A stretch of DNA of 64,000 nt from a bacterium (GTDB taxonomy: Bacteria > SAR324 > NAC60-12): positions 1,664,001 through 1,728,000 of the forward strand of contig OZ242383.1 in assembly GCA_965209155.1 (NCBI GenBank), given 5' to 3'. The stretch's first letter is position 1. Every line of letters starts with the position of its first letter. The position numbers were made by a program, and so were the translations under genes. Below are positions 1 to 9,927 of this stretch, one piece after another. Below the pieces are notes generated by a model. That model was not told where the DNA came from. It did no database searches and saw only the letters and a list, made by a program, of their open reading frames with translations.

Positions 1-1
1 C

Positions 2-787
2 ATGTTTTCCCTGGGTATGCTATCGGGACAGTGGATTCGTTGGGAGATTACTAATCTTCCTGCGCAAACACAAAAGCTGAGAGTACTTCCCAAGTTTACA
101 ATCCCTGAAGATCCTGGAATCGCAAAAGAGGAATTTACATTGATACTGGAAAAAAATATTTTTGATGCAAAACGCCTGGAAATATCGAATGAAAGCCCAC
201 CTTCTCCAAAACCGGAAGCGGACGTTATTCTGGAAGTCAAATCTCAATCAGAAAATGAGATTGAGACGAAAAAAAATCATTCCCGAGAGATCGTCAAGGA
301 AACCGTGTCTCAAATCAAAGTGAGATCGCCAGTGAGCCATCCTGAAAAGAAGCTTGAACCTGGATTTCAAGAAAAACCCCTGATCAAAACGAAACAGGTA
401 CCTGATCTCAAACAAGAAATGCTTCCTTCTGAATCGGAACAAGTCAGCAGACTTCCTATTTCGGCAGATCAGGAAACATTTCACCTGCAACGCGAATGGG
501 TTGACGAGCAATTAGCTAATTTCGCTAAAATTTTGCAGGATGCCCGAGTAGAGCCTGTCACAGTCGATCAACAAACATTCTTCCAATTCAAATTCATCAA
601 AAAAGGTAGCATGTATGAAGCATTGGGATTGAAAAAAGATGACATCATTCTCGCCATCAACGAAAAAATGATCGATAACGTAACCAAAGCGATGGGACTA
701 CTGCAAAAATTGCAATCGGAACGGGAAATTGCCTTAACGGTCAAACGGAAAGAAAGCGAAAAAATTCTGCGGTATTATATCAATTGA
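2..787 (+). CDS. gspC: Type II secretion protein GspC-like with C-terminal PDZ domain (5' truncated by window)
   Basis: ILEKNIFD motif, low-complexity linker, C-terminal ILQDARVEP...IKKGSMYEALGLKKDDIILAINE PDZ region. Confidence 0.6.
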   Translation: MFSLGMLSGQWIRWEITNLPAQTQKLRVLPKFTIPEDPGIAKEEFTLILEKNIFDAKRLEISNESPPSPKPEADVILEVKSQSENEIETKKNHSREIVKETVSQIKVRSPVSHPEKKLEPGFQEKPLIKTKQVPDLKQEMLPSESEQVSRLPISADQETFHLQREWVDEQLANFAKILQDARVEPVTVDQQTFFQFKFIKKGSMYEALGLKKDDIILAINEKMIDNVTKAMGLLQKLQSEREIALTVKRKESEKILRYYIN

Positions 788-864
788 AATCAAGAAATTA
801 TTAAGCAATTTCGGTCCATAGCAAACCAGACAATTTGTTATCCTGAATCACGGGAAACCACCGT

Positions 865-2253
865 GAGTTATAGTCAAATTCTGGGGATGGCAATTCAGGC
901 GGCGATCCTGTATTGAGGAATTCCATCGACAAATTGTACTCCCTCTATCACTTCGGCTAATCGTTTAAATCCGTGTAATCGGATCCAATTTTTCTGAGCG
1001 GATTCCATTAATTTGAATGCCATCGTCAAGACGGTATTTCTTGAGAAACAACCTCTGACTTTGGCAGTTCTCAGTTTGACAGTAGCGAAGGTGGATTCAA
1101 TGGGATTGCTCGTTCTCAAATGCCTCCAATGCTCTGCCGGGAAATCATAGAAGGCCATCAAGGTCTCCTGATCTTTAATCAAGCAGTGAGTGGCTTTAGG
1201 ATATTTCGCCTCATACATGTCAACAAAATGCTTTAAGGCTTTGAAAGCTTCCTCTTTGCTGCTGGCCATCCAAATTTGATGGAGACGATCCTTGGCTTTA
1301 TGATGCTCCCTTTTTGGTAAATAGTTGAGAATGTTTCCCGTTTTGTGCATCCAACAACGCTGCTCTTTGCTCTGAGGATAGACTTTTTTCAAAGCTTTCC
1401 AAAATCCCATCGCTCCGTCTCCCACAGCGATTTTAGGGGCCTCAGTCAATCCCCGGTGCTTCAGATCCATCAGCAGTTCCCTCCAGGATTGCTCACTTTC
1501 CCGGTAGCCATCTTCCAAGGCAACGAGCTCTTTATCTCCATTTTCTGTTGCCCCCACAATCACCAAGAGGCATTGTTTATCTTTATCCATTCTCACATTG
1601 CAATACACGCCATCGACCCAGAGATAAACATAATGACTCTGGGAGAGATCCCGTTGTTTCCAGGCTTTCCAATCCTCATACCAGCTTGATTTAAGACGGC
1701 TCACTGTCGCTGAAGACAAGCCCGCCGCTCTTTTACCTAAAATCGCTGCGAGCGCCTCCTGAAAGCCACCAGTGGAAATCCCTTTCAGATACAGCCAGGG
1801 AATCAGGGCTTCAATACTTTTACTTTTCCTCAGATAAGGGGGGATCAACTTGGAAGAAAATCGAATCCTTTCCTCTGATGAGGTGCTTTGACGATCTTTA
1901 CTCCGCGGAACTTTCACGGATATAGAACCAATTCCCGTCTGAATCTCCCGATCTTGATGATAACCATGACGAACCACTCGCTGACGTCCATCCGAGAGTC
2001 GATAGGACTGATATTCCTTCATGAATATTTCCATCTCCAATTCCAACGCTTCAGAAAGTATCTTCCTGGCTTTCACTCTCAAAAGTTCACTCAAATGATC
2101 TTCAATAATTTGCTCTGGCTTCTCCAGATCAATCACGTTATAGTTGCTCATCGGCGTATCCTTTCTTTGATGTAATTCTATTTATTTTAAATTCCCATCA
2201 ATAGGATACGCCACCTTCAAATTTAGTCCATCCCCAACTTTCGACTATATCTC
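865..2253 (-). mobile_element. IS256-family insertion sequence, complete
   Basis: Imperfect IRs GAGTTATAGTCAAATTCTGGGGATGG (865) and CCATCCCCAACTTTCGACTATATCTC (ends 2253); 9-bp TSD AACCACCGT at 856-864 and 2254-2262. Confidence 0.95.
895..2151 (-). CDS. IS256-family (Mutator-like) DDE transposase
   Basis: YLWVDG, AVGDGAMGFW, QRCWMHK, LRTSNPIESTF motifs; 418 aa intact. Confidence 0.95.
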   Translation of the reverse strand: MSNYNVIDLEKPEQIIEDHLSELLRVKARKILSEALELEMEIFMKEYQSYRLSDGRQRVVRHGYHQDREIQTGIGSISVKVPRSKDRQSTSSEERIRFSSKLIPPYLRKSKSIEALIPWLYLKGISTGGFQEALAAILGKRAAGLSSATVSRLKSSWYEDWKAWKQRDLSQSHYVYLWVDGVYCNVRMDKDKQCLLVIVGATENGDKELVALEDGYRESEQSWRELLMDLKHRGLTEAPKIAVGDGAMGFWKALKKVYPQSKEQRCWMHKTGNILNYLPKREHHKAKDRLHQIWMASSKEEAFKALKHFVDMYEAKYPKATHCLIKDQETLMAFYDFPAEHWRHLRTSNPIESTFATVKLRTAKVRGCFSRNTVLTMAFKLMESAQKNWIRLHGFKRLAEVIEGVQFVDGIPQYRIAA

Positions 2254-2269
2254 AACCACCGTCAAGAAA

Positions 2270-3202
2270 ATGTTAGAAAGTAATCATCCCGGGTTAATTG
2301 CCGTTGTTGGCCCAACAGGTAGTGGGAAAAGTGCTTTGGCTCTTTATTTAGCGCAGGAGTTGGGAGGAGAGATAGTCTGCACCGATTCCATGCAAGTTTA
2401 TCAAAAATTAAATATCGGTACGGCCAAACCAACGGCGGCCGAACAGTCGCTTGTTCCCCATCATCAATTGGACCTGATCGCACCTGATGGCTACTATTCC
2501 GCAGGTCGGTATGAAAAGGATGCCAACCGCATCATTGCAAAACTTCAGCAGCAACACAAACCTGTCATTTTGGTGGGAGGATCGGGTCTCTATTTTCGCT
2601 GCGCGATCTTTGGAATATGCCCTATTCCTGATATCCTCCCTCATATCAAGAAAGTAGTTCGGCAATGGCACAGTCAGGGGCTGCCTTACTGCTACCAGAA
2701 GCTTCAACAGTTGGACCCCACCAGTGCGTCAGCATTACACCCGAGTGACTCAGCTCGTATCTTAAGAGCTTTGGAAGTGCAACTTCAAACGGGTCGATCC
2801 ATTCAGGTCTACCAACGAGAGCATGGTTTTAAAAAAAAGAAATATTCTGTTTTTTCCGTGGGTTACTGGTATAACAGGAAGCAGTTGTACCAATTGATCA
2901 ACCAAAGAACCCTTGCCATGTTGAAAGCAGGCTTCGTGGAAGAAGTACGTTCGTTGTTAAAGGAATATCCTTCAAATCTGCGATCCTTGCAGAGTATTGG
3001 TTATCAACAAATCGTCCGTTTTCTGGACAATCGTTTGACGGAAGATGAAATGGTGGCGGAAATTCAACAGAAAACGCGAAATTACGCAAAACGTCAGCTG
3101 AGTTGGTTGCGAAACGACAAGAGCATTAACTGGTATTCTGAAAATGAAGATGGGCAAATTTTAAAAGATGCACGAAATTTTTTTCACTCCCACCAATGCT
3201 AA
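2270..3202 (+). CDS. miaA: tRNA dimethylallyltransferase
   Basis: GPTGSGKS, DSMQVY, IGTAKP, VGGSGLY, TRNYAKRQ. Confidence 0.95.
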   Translation: MLESNHPGLIAVVGPTGSGKSALALYLAQELGGEIVCTDSMQVYQKLNIGTAKPTAAEQSLVPHHQLDLIAPDGYYSAGRYEKDANRIIAKLQQQHKPVILVGGSGLYFRCAIFGICPIPDILPHIKKVVRQWHSQGLPYCYQKLQQLDPTSASALHPSDSARILRALEVQLQTGRSIQVYQREHGFKKKKYSVFSVGYWYNRKQLYQLINQRTLAMLKAGFVEEVRSLLKEYPSNLRSLQSIGYQQIVRFLDNRLTEDEMVAEIQQKTRNYAKRQLSWLRNDKSINWYSENEDGQILKDARNFFHSHQC

Positions 3203-3624
3203 TACCCAAGCGTGACCTATAATAGTACTAACTACTGACAAAAAATGTAAAAAGCATTCACAATTTTCTACAGGTGGCATTATCGAACTTTCCACCAAGT
3301 ATAGGAAAATTAAGACTATCATTCCACGCCATTCTCATTGAAGTTGAGTGAGATAATCTTCCAGGCAACCCAATTGATTCAATGGATGCATCCTTCATAC
3401 TCCTTTTGCAACAGGCGATTATTAAAACAACTCCTGCTTGGATTGGTTATCTTTTTATTACTTTATGGTGCTGCTCGTTTTTAGAAATTGCTCATATTGC
3501 CAAACACAATTGAGGGGTAGCGGATTTTTTTCTCCTTCATAGAGTTTAACTCTTTGATTTATATGAATAAAATATTCGTTAGTGCCAAGCACCATTACAA
3601 AGCGGATTTTGAAAAAGTAGTAGA

Positions 3625-4593
3625 ATGAATATCTATATTGCCGCCATCGATGTGGGAAGCAACGCAGTGCGAATGGTCTTGAGCCGATGTCAACAGACGG
3701 CTCAAGAGCAGTCTCATTTAAGATTGATTCAATCTTGGCGCAGTTTTTTGAGATTGGGAGAAGATGTTTTCAATTTTGGTCAGATTTCACAGACTCACCT
3801 GGAAGCATTGACGGATATTTTGAAGCAATTCGTCAATGAATTACAACACTATGCCAATGTTTCACTTTGCGTTGCGGCAACTAGTGCGGTTCGAGCAGCA
3901 AAAAACAAGCAGGAAGTGCTTCAATATATACAAAAAAATGCTGGTATTGAAATTAAAATTCTGTCCGGAATGGAAGAAGCAGATTGTATGCTCAATGCCC
4001 TGCAAAATATGACGACATGGCAGTCCATTGAAACCGAATTGGAACGTGTCCTTTTGACAGACTTGGGAGGAGGGAGCCTGGAAGTATCCGTTGTGGAAGC
4101 ATCCCGGATTCTATACAGAAAAAGTTTGGACTATGGCGCCTTACGTCTGGCAAAGATGAATTCAAATGCTCAGCAAATTGCCTTGAATGCGTTAAATCGA
4201 GAGATCCAAGAAATGGGTGCATTCGCAGCAGCGAGTCAAAACGATTTTCCGTCCCATTTGGTTTTGACTGGCGGAAGTGCTAAAGTGATGGCTCGTCTGG
4301 TCCATGAAAGACTTTATCCTGCGCAGCAACTTCCCACACTGTGCACGTTTTCCTGGGAGTATTTCACTGAAACCAAGTTTGCCATTTTCAACCTGGGAGT
4401 GGACCACTATATTGCGTCATCGGCAATCCGACCTGAACAGGCTGAATTACTCATTCCAGCACTCCTTGTTTTTGAAATGTTGGGTTCAATAATACGTTGT
4501 CAAAAATTTTCGATCCCATTCATTAGTTTGAAAGAAGGTCTCCTACTGCAACAAGCTCAAAGGATTTTCCCTCAATGTAAATTATTGTTGTGA
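3625..4593 (+). CDS. Ppx/GppA-family phosphatase, short form (ASKHA domains only)
   Basis: AAIDVGSNAVR, ATSAVR, ILSGMEEA, DLGGGSLE, SLKEG. Confidence 0.85.
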   Translation: MNIYIAAIDVGSNAVRMVLSRCQQTAQEQSHLRLIQSWRSFLRLGEDVFNFGQISQTHLEALTDILKQFVNELQHYANVSLCVAATSAVRAAKNKQEVLQYIQKNAGIEIKILSGMEEADCMLNALQNMTTWQSIETELERVLLTDLGGGSLEVSVVEASRILYRKSLDYGALRLAKMNSNAQQIALNALNREIQEMGAFAAASQNDFPSHLVLTGGSAKVMARLVHERLYPAQQLPTLCTFSWEYFTETKFAIFNLGVDHYIASSAIRPEQAELLIPALLVFEMLGSIIRCQKFSIPFISLKEGLLLQQAQRIFPQCKLLL

Positions 4594-4596
4594 ACT

Positions 4597-5280
4597 ATGA
4601 TGTTTGCGTTCACTCGACAGTTGGGGATATTAATTTGGAAGGATGTGGTCATAGACATTCGTCGGAAAGAAAATTTTCTTTCCATGTTTTTATTTTCACT
4701 GTTAACCCTCATTATTTTTAATTTTTCGTTCGGAGACGATCCCGAGTTATTCCAATTGATGATTCCAGGAGTCATTTGGGTTGTGTTTTTACTGGCAGGG
4801 GTATTGGGATTGAGTAAAACTTTTATTCAGGAAGTGGAAAATGGCTGCATGAAAGGACTGCTCATGGCTCCTATTGACCGGGGGCATTTATTCCTGGGAA
4901 AAATGATGAGCACGACTCTTTTTCTTTCGTTAGTTCAGTTGCTCACCGTACCCCTGTTTTTTTTATTTTTCGACCTGACCCTTGTGCGCCAGTGGTGGAT
5001 GTTGGTACTGGTGATGCTGGCCGGCACATTGGGTTTTGCGTCCCTGGGAACTTTACTTGCCGCTATGACGGCTACTCTGCGGGGGCGGGAAATGCTCTTG
5101 CCGATCCTTTTGTTCCCTCTTATGACTCCTAATTTACTCAGTGTGGTTCATATCACCTCAGATATATTTTTTGGGGGAGTGTGGTCTGAGGTCTGGTCTT
5201 GGTGGAAGTTATTAATCGCCTTTGACGTGATTGTTGGAATTGTTTCCTATCTGAGTTTTGAATTTATTTTAGAGGATTGA
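4597..5280 (+). CDS. ccmB: Heme exporter protein B
   Basis: LIWKD, PGVIWV, F..EVENG...GLLMAP, LLPILLFPL; multi-TM. Confidence 0.88.
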   Translation: MMFAFTRQLGILIWKDVVIDIRRKENFLSMFLFSLLTLIIFNFSFGDDPELFQLMIPGVIWVVFLLAGVLGLSKTFIQEVENGCMKGLLMAPIDRGHLFLGKMMSTTLFLSLVQLLTVPLFFLFFDLTLVRQWWMLVLVMLAGTLGFASLGTLLAAMTATLRGREMLLPILLFPLMTPNLLSVVHITSDIFFGGVWSEVWSWWKLLIAFDVIVGIVSYLSFEFILED

Positions 5281-5283
5281 GTT

Positions 5284-5837
5284 GTAACTATTCAGGTATC
5301 TTCAGAGAACCCATCAATTTGAGCACAGATTTTTCCTGGCATAGAGTCCGGAAAGGACTTTATGCTCTCGAAAGTTCAAAAATATATTGATTCCCTTTCA
5401 TCGATTCCCCACCTCGAGGCTCTTCAAGAAGTCAGTCAACTCTTTGAAAAAGAACGAGAGCAATAAAAGCAAGAGCGCTTAGCACTCTGATTTACCTCCC
5501 TGGCAAAGCGTTTACGATCATTATCGCCATTGGAAAAACACTGGATTGTGGAGTGAACCTTCGCTTTTTGGCTCATGATCGTAAAGAAGCGGATCTCCCT
5601 GATTGATAGATTTTTCATTTTTTTTACGAATCCTGCATTTTTTTTTATTTGGGGGTTGACATTATGCAAGTAGTAGTAGTGCTAAAACCATACCATCACT
5701 AAGTTGTTTTAGTGAAAGAAAAGGTTTCCGATCGATGGAACCATATCGTGGGAGGACTTGAAAACGATCGATCCTCTCCGGGAATCTTTTTTAATGATAT
5801 TTAGCTAAACGGGTTTTTCAGAGACCTGAATAGTTAC
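5284..5837. mobile_element. Non-autonomous repeat element family A (MITE-like), both ends present
   Basis: Terminal IRs GTAACTATTCAGGT...ACCTGAATAGTTAC; homologous pieces at 24718, 25815, 40152, 61381; no TSD seen. Confidence 0.85.
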
Positions 5838-5869
5838 ATATGAAATTAATTGTATTTGGAGAAATTATT

Positions 5870-7666
5870 ATGAAAAAGATAAAATCGAAAATCGCAATGT
5901 TTAATCTAAACCGCAAATCAACCTTCAGGTCAACCCTGCTGGCCCTCATGCTGGCCCTCATGCTGGCCCTCCTCCTGGGAGGGGCAGGCTTCTTGGGCAG
6001 TCCGGCGGCAGCCCAAGAGCCGCAATATGGTGGGAGCATTACATTCCTGGACGGATATGGGGCGCAGTGGCCGCCTACAGGCTGGGACCCCGCTATAGGT
6101 ATCTGGACGGTACAAAATTGGGTTGAACCGTATCTTGAGACCCTTTTAGCTGCAGACTATGAGAAGTATGGGCCACGCGGCACCAATGAGGCTCCGTTCC
6201 AAATCTCTCAAGGTAATCCTTTAACTATGCTAAAAGGTCGGTTGGCTGAAAGCTGGTCGTTGCCCGATGCGAACACAATTATTTACAAAATACGTCAGGG
6301 CATCATGTGGGGTGAAGTGCCGGGAGTCATGAAATCAAGGGAGCTGACAGCGCAGGATGTAGTTTCTAGCTTATTGCGTAATATGAATGAAGAAATAGCA
6401 CGTAACGGTTTCGGCGCCCGATATTATAAGGTGATGGAGTCGATGACAGCTAAGGATCGGTACACGATTGAAATCAAGTTGGAAAATTTCATAGCTGATT
6501 GGTGGTTGTTTTATGGATACGCCGTTTGGGCTGGGGCGGGCATCATTCCTCCTGAGCTGCTGACGGCGGGGTCAAATGACTGGAAGAATCATCGTGGGAT
6601 CGGGACAGGCCCGTTTTTTCTCGAGGACTACGTGGAAGGCAGCCATATAGAGTACGTAAAGAACCCCAATTACTGGGACTCTCCTATAACTATCAATGGC
6701 AAGGAATACAAGGTTCCGTTTTTGGATGGCTTTCGGAAAACTCTAATACAGGATAAATCCACCCAGATCGCTGCGTTACGAACAGGGAAAATTGACGTGA
6801 TGGATAATGTTCAGAATAAGTACCTCCAGTCACTAAAAACATCAAGTCCCCAAATAAAATATCTAGGGAAAGTGGAGGAGAGAGCCTGGAGAATCGGTAT
6901 GAGGCAGGATAGGAAGCCCTTTGCCGATATCAAGGTGCGGAAAGCTTTAGCCATGGCTATCGATCGACAAGCCGTTACTAACACTGTGTGGGGTGGTGAG
7001 GCAAAGACTTTAAACGCTGAAGTGCATAGCTCAATGGGAGAGGCTTACTTTACAGAGTTGGAGGACCTGCCGCAATCAACTCAGGAGTGTTTTTCGTATA
7101 ACCCTGATCGTGCGAAGCAACTATTAGCCGAGGCGGGCTTCCCAAACGGTTTCGAGTCTACCTTACAAACATTTGCAGGGGAGCCTTTTGAAGATTTGGC
7201 CGCTTTACTGCAAGCTTTCTGGAAGGATATCGGAGTCGGCGTTAAAATTAATGTGCAGGAGTCGACTGCTTTGGAAGGCATATTAAGTGCTAACGATCAT
7301 GAGCCGATTACTTTGATTGTGTACAGTTCAGGTCTTCCGTTTCTTACTCTTTCTGGGCTTTTTAACCCGGATTCCCATTATAATGTAAACGAGGTGGAAT
7401 TACCCGAGTTGAAGGCGATGTACGAACAGGCAGAGAAGACAACGGGCCTAGATGAACAAGCGAAGCAGCTCAAGGAGTTGAACCAGAAGTGGCATGCGGG
7501 TTGTCATTTTGCCTATTTACCAACTCCACTTGTAAGCCTGGCTATCTGGCCATGGGTAGAGAACTACTACGGCGAAGTCAACGATACCGCTACTTTTACT
7601 GTAGGCCATATTTTCTCTCGTGCCTGGCTCAACAGCGATTTAAAGAAAGAAATATTGGGACAGTAA
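5870..7666 (+). CDS. ABC transporter substrate-binding protein, Opp/Dpp family 5
   Basis: Signal peptide, PQYGG, LAESW, GTGPF, KVRKALAMAIDR, AKQLLAEAG; start 5870 chosen from GGAG (ORF track gives 5840). Confidence 0.9.
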   Translation: MKKIKSKIAMFNLNRKSTFRSTLLALMLALMLALLLGGAGFLGSPAAAQEPQYGGSITFLDGYGAQWPPTGWDPAIGIWTVQNWVEPYLETLLAADYEKYGPRGTNEAPFQISQGNPLTMLKGRLAESWSLPDANTIIYKIRQGIMWGEVPGVMKSRELTAQDVVSSLLRNMNEEIARNGFGARYYKVMESMTAKDRYTIEIKLENFIADWWLFYGYAVWAGAGIIPPELLTAGSNDWKNHRGIGTGPFFLEDYVEGSHIEYVKNPNYWDSPITINGKEYKVPFLDGFRKTLIQDKSTQIAALRTGKIDVMDNVQNKYLQSLKTSSPQIKYLGKVEERAWRIGMRQDRKPFADIKVRKALAMAIDRQAVTNTVWGGEAKTLNAEVHSSMGEAYFTELEDLPQSTQECFSYNPDRAKQLLAEAGFPNGFESTLQTFAGEPFEDLAALLQAFWKDIGVGVKINVQESTALEGILSANDHEPITLIVYSSGLPFLTLSGLFNPDSHYNVNEVELPELKAMYEQAEKTTGLDEQAKQLKELNQKWHAGCHFAYLPTPLVSLAIWPWVENYYGEVNDTATFTVGHIFSRAWLNSDLKKEILGQ

Positions 7667-7672
7667 TGAGCC

Positions 7673-7707
7673 AATTGGGGAATGGGGAGCGGTTTCATTC
7701 CCCGATT
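7673..7707 (+). terminator. Stem-loop after the binding-protein gene (mRNA stabiliser or attenuator)
   Basis: AATTGGGGAATG / CATTCCCCGATT stem, no clear U-tract. Confidence 0.45.
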
Positions 7708-7738
7708 ATGATAGGGTAGAGAGGTAAGGGGTTACAAA

Positions 7739-8722
7739 ATGCAAGCCTACATCATCAGGAGAGTACTTCTGATTATACCCACTATCTTCGTAGCGAGTCT
7801 CCTCGTGTTCTTCGCTGTTCGCTTAATTCCCGGCGATATCGTGTCCCTGATGGCATCTGGGAGTATGGGGGTCTGGTCAGAAGCGACCAAAGAGACTATA
7901 AGAGAACGCTTGGGACTGGATGTGCCGAGCTATGTCCAATATGGACGCTGGTTAGGAGTGCTTCGGGACCAATATGGCTCTTTTTCCGGACTTTTTCAAG
8001 GCAGCCTTGGATTATCCCTATGGAGCCAGCAACCTGTGACTGGGATAGTTCTCAGGCGGTTACCAGTCACCTTTGAGCTTGCTCTCTTTTCTATGACATT
8101 AGCCGTCCTGATAGCTCTCCCTATTGGGGTCTATTCAGCGATACGGCAGGACACCCCTGGCGACTACATCGCGCGCAGCTTTGCTATTTTCGCTATCGCG
8201 ATGCCTAACTTCTGGCTGGGGACTCTGGTAATCGTCTTTCCCTCGATTTGGTGGGGGTGGACTCCGCCGATAGAGTATACCAGTTTCACGAAGGACCCGC
8301 TTAAAAACTTGGGGCAGTTCATCGTGCCCTCTCTTGTTTTGGGCATGCTGATGTCGGGGATGGTCATGAGGATGACGCGAACCATGATGCTGGAGGTGCT
8401 CAGGCAAGATTACATCAGGACAGGGTGGTCAAAGGGACTCAAGGAGAAGGTGGTTATCCTCCGGCATGCGCTTCCCAACGCCCTCATTCCGGTGATCACC
8501 GTCATCGGATATATGTTACCGTGGGTGATTGGGGGTTCCATTATCACAGAGAGGATATTCGGCTTACCCGGCCTGGGTCATTTAATGATAGAGGCCGCTA
8601 CCAATAGAGACTATAGCATAATCCAGGGATTAACGATATTTATCGCTATAATTATGGTGCTGGCCATTCTAGTGATTGACTTGACCTACGCCTTTCTTGA
8701 TCCCAGGATTCGGTATAGATAA
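7739..8722 (+). CDS. Dpp/Opp ABC permease, DppB-like
   Basis: YIIRR, LPVTFEL, LRQDYIRT..SKGL, HALPNA, LDPRIR. Confidence 0.92.
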   Translation: MQAYIIRRVLLIIPTIFVASLLVFFAVRLIPGDIVSLMASGSMGVWSEATKETIRERLGLDVPSYVQYGRWLGVLRDQYGSFSGLFQGSLGLSLWSQQPVTGIVLRRLPVTFELALFSMTLAVLIALPIGVYSAIRQDTPGDYIARSFAIFAIAMPNFWLGTLVIVFPSIWWGWTPPIEYTSFTKDPLKNLGQFIVPSLVLGMLMSGMVMRMTRTMMLEVLRQDYIRTGWSKGLKEKVVILRHALPNALIPVITVIGYMLPWVIGGSIITERIFGLPGLGHLMIEAATNRDYSIIQGLTIFIAIIMVLAILVIDLTYAFLDPRIRYR

Positions 8723-8735
8723 GGGGATTATTGCA

Positions 8736-8927
8736 TTACCCACCCCGTCCGCTTCGCGTCCACCCCTCCAAGGAGGGGATTTTCGAGACATTCCCCGAGG
8801 GGGCCGTCGGTGCGCCAAAGCGACATAGAAGCAGTCGACGTGGAACGAACGGTGTAGGGGGTTTTCGAGACATTCTCCTCCTAGGGGGGGTCGGTACGCC
8901 GAAGCGGCCCGAAGGGTGGGGTGGGTC
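8736..8927. repeat. Intergenic GC-rich palindromic (REP-like) element
   Basis: ACCCACCCC...GGGGTGGGT outer stem, CCCCTCC-AA-GGAGGGG hairpin, internal direct repeat TTTTCGAGACATTC x2. Confidence 0.6.
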
Positions 8928-8975
8928 AGACCCAAACCGACAAACTAAAATTGAAAGACCACGAGAAACCTTTAT

Positions 8976-9911
8976 ATGAATGATACCCTAAAAATCCCGC
9001 CCGAAATCAGGGAGCCCAGGCGACGTGCCAGGCTGGTGGTGTTCTTGACCAGGCTGGTCAAAGAGCAACCCCTAGGTCTTATTGGGGGGATTATCGTGCT
9101 GCTCTTTCTTTTTACTGGTATTTTTGCCGATTGGATAGCGCCTTACGGAGTGAACGACATTCACCCGAGAGATTACCTGCATCCCCCCTCATTTAAGTAT
9201 TTCCTCGGGGCGGATAACCTGGGGCGGGACATTTTTAGCCGTATTGTCTTTGGGGCTCGTATCTCGATGATTGTCGGTCTCGGGGCGACTACTCTGGCGA
9301 TCCTGATTGCCTTATTGATCGGGGTCCCGTCCGGGTTTTTCGGCGGTAAGTTCGATATGGTGGTGCAGCGGTTTGTGGATGGCTGGATTTGCTTTCCTCC
9401 GTTCATCATTTTCTTATTTGCCGTCTCTATCGTGGGGCCAGGGATGTGGCAGCTGATTATCGCGATGGGGTTGGTACAAGGGATCGGCGTTTCCAGGATC
9501 ATGAGAAGCGCCGTGATCGCCATTCGAGAGAATATGTATGTAGAAGCGGTGGTGGCGATTGGCAGTCCGACTACGAAAATCATAACCCGACATATCCTGC
9601 CCAACATTATGCCGACCATCATCATCCTATTTTCGGCAACTGTGCCGGGTATGATTTTAGGGGAAGCCGCCCTCAGCTTCCTGGGTTTGGGCATCCCCCC
9701 GCCAGATCCTACCTGGGGAGGAATGCTCAGTGGCTCCGGACGCTCGTATATGTTCCTCTCTCCTTTGATGTCCGTCTGGCCTGGTCTGGCTCTGATGATA
9801 GTCGTCTACGGCCTCAACATTTTCGGTGACGCCCTCAGGGATTTGCTCGACCCCCGGTTGCGGGGCGCTGCAGGGCGCTATGGCGGGGCTCGTCAAAAGA
9901 GAGCTTCATGA
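8976..9911 (+). CDS. Dpp/Opp ABC permease, DppC-like
   Basis: LGADNLGRDIFSR..GARIS, HILPN, EAALSFLGLG, GDALRDLLDPR. Confidence 0.92.
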   Translation: MNDTLKIPPEIREPRRRARLVVFLTRLVKEQPLGLIGGIIVLLFLFTGIFADWIAPYGVNDIHPRDYLHPPSFKYFLGADNLGRDIFSRIVFGARISMIVGLGATTLAILIALLIGVPSGFFGGKFDMVVQRFVDGWICFPPFIIFLFAVSIVGPGMWQLIIAMGLVQGIGVSRIMRSAVIAIRENMYVEAVVAIGSPTTKIITRHILPNIMPTIIILFSATVPGMILGEAALSFLGLGIPPPDPTWGGMLSGSGRSYMFLSPLMSVWPGLALMIVVYGLNIFGDALRDLLDPRLRGAAGRYGGARQKRAS

Positions 9912-9927
9912 TTTTTGGAGAAGACAC

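Noticed and set aside
3203..3624. Small ORFs or ncRNA between miaA and ppx
   Set aside because: Short frames with stops, no recognisable motif or structure
5274..5300. Integron attC/attI reading of GTAAC/GTTAC ends
   Set aside because: No integron integrase, no attC-sized hairpin, no cassette array
5656..5690. Outward sigma70 promoter inside family A (TTGACA)
   Set aside because: No -10 box at 16-18 bp spacing; in the 40152 copy TATACT is only 14 bp away
8731..8979. 82-aa ORF between dppB and dppC
   Set aside because: Spans the palindromic element, TTG start, no recognisable domain
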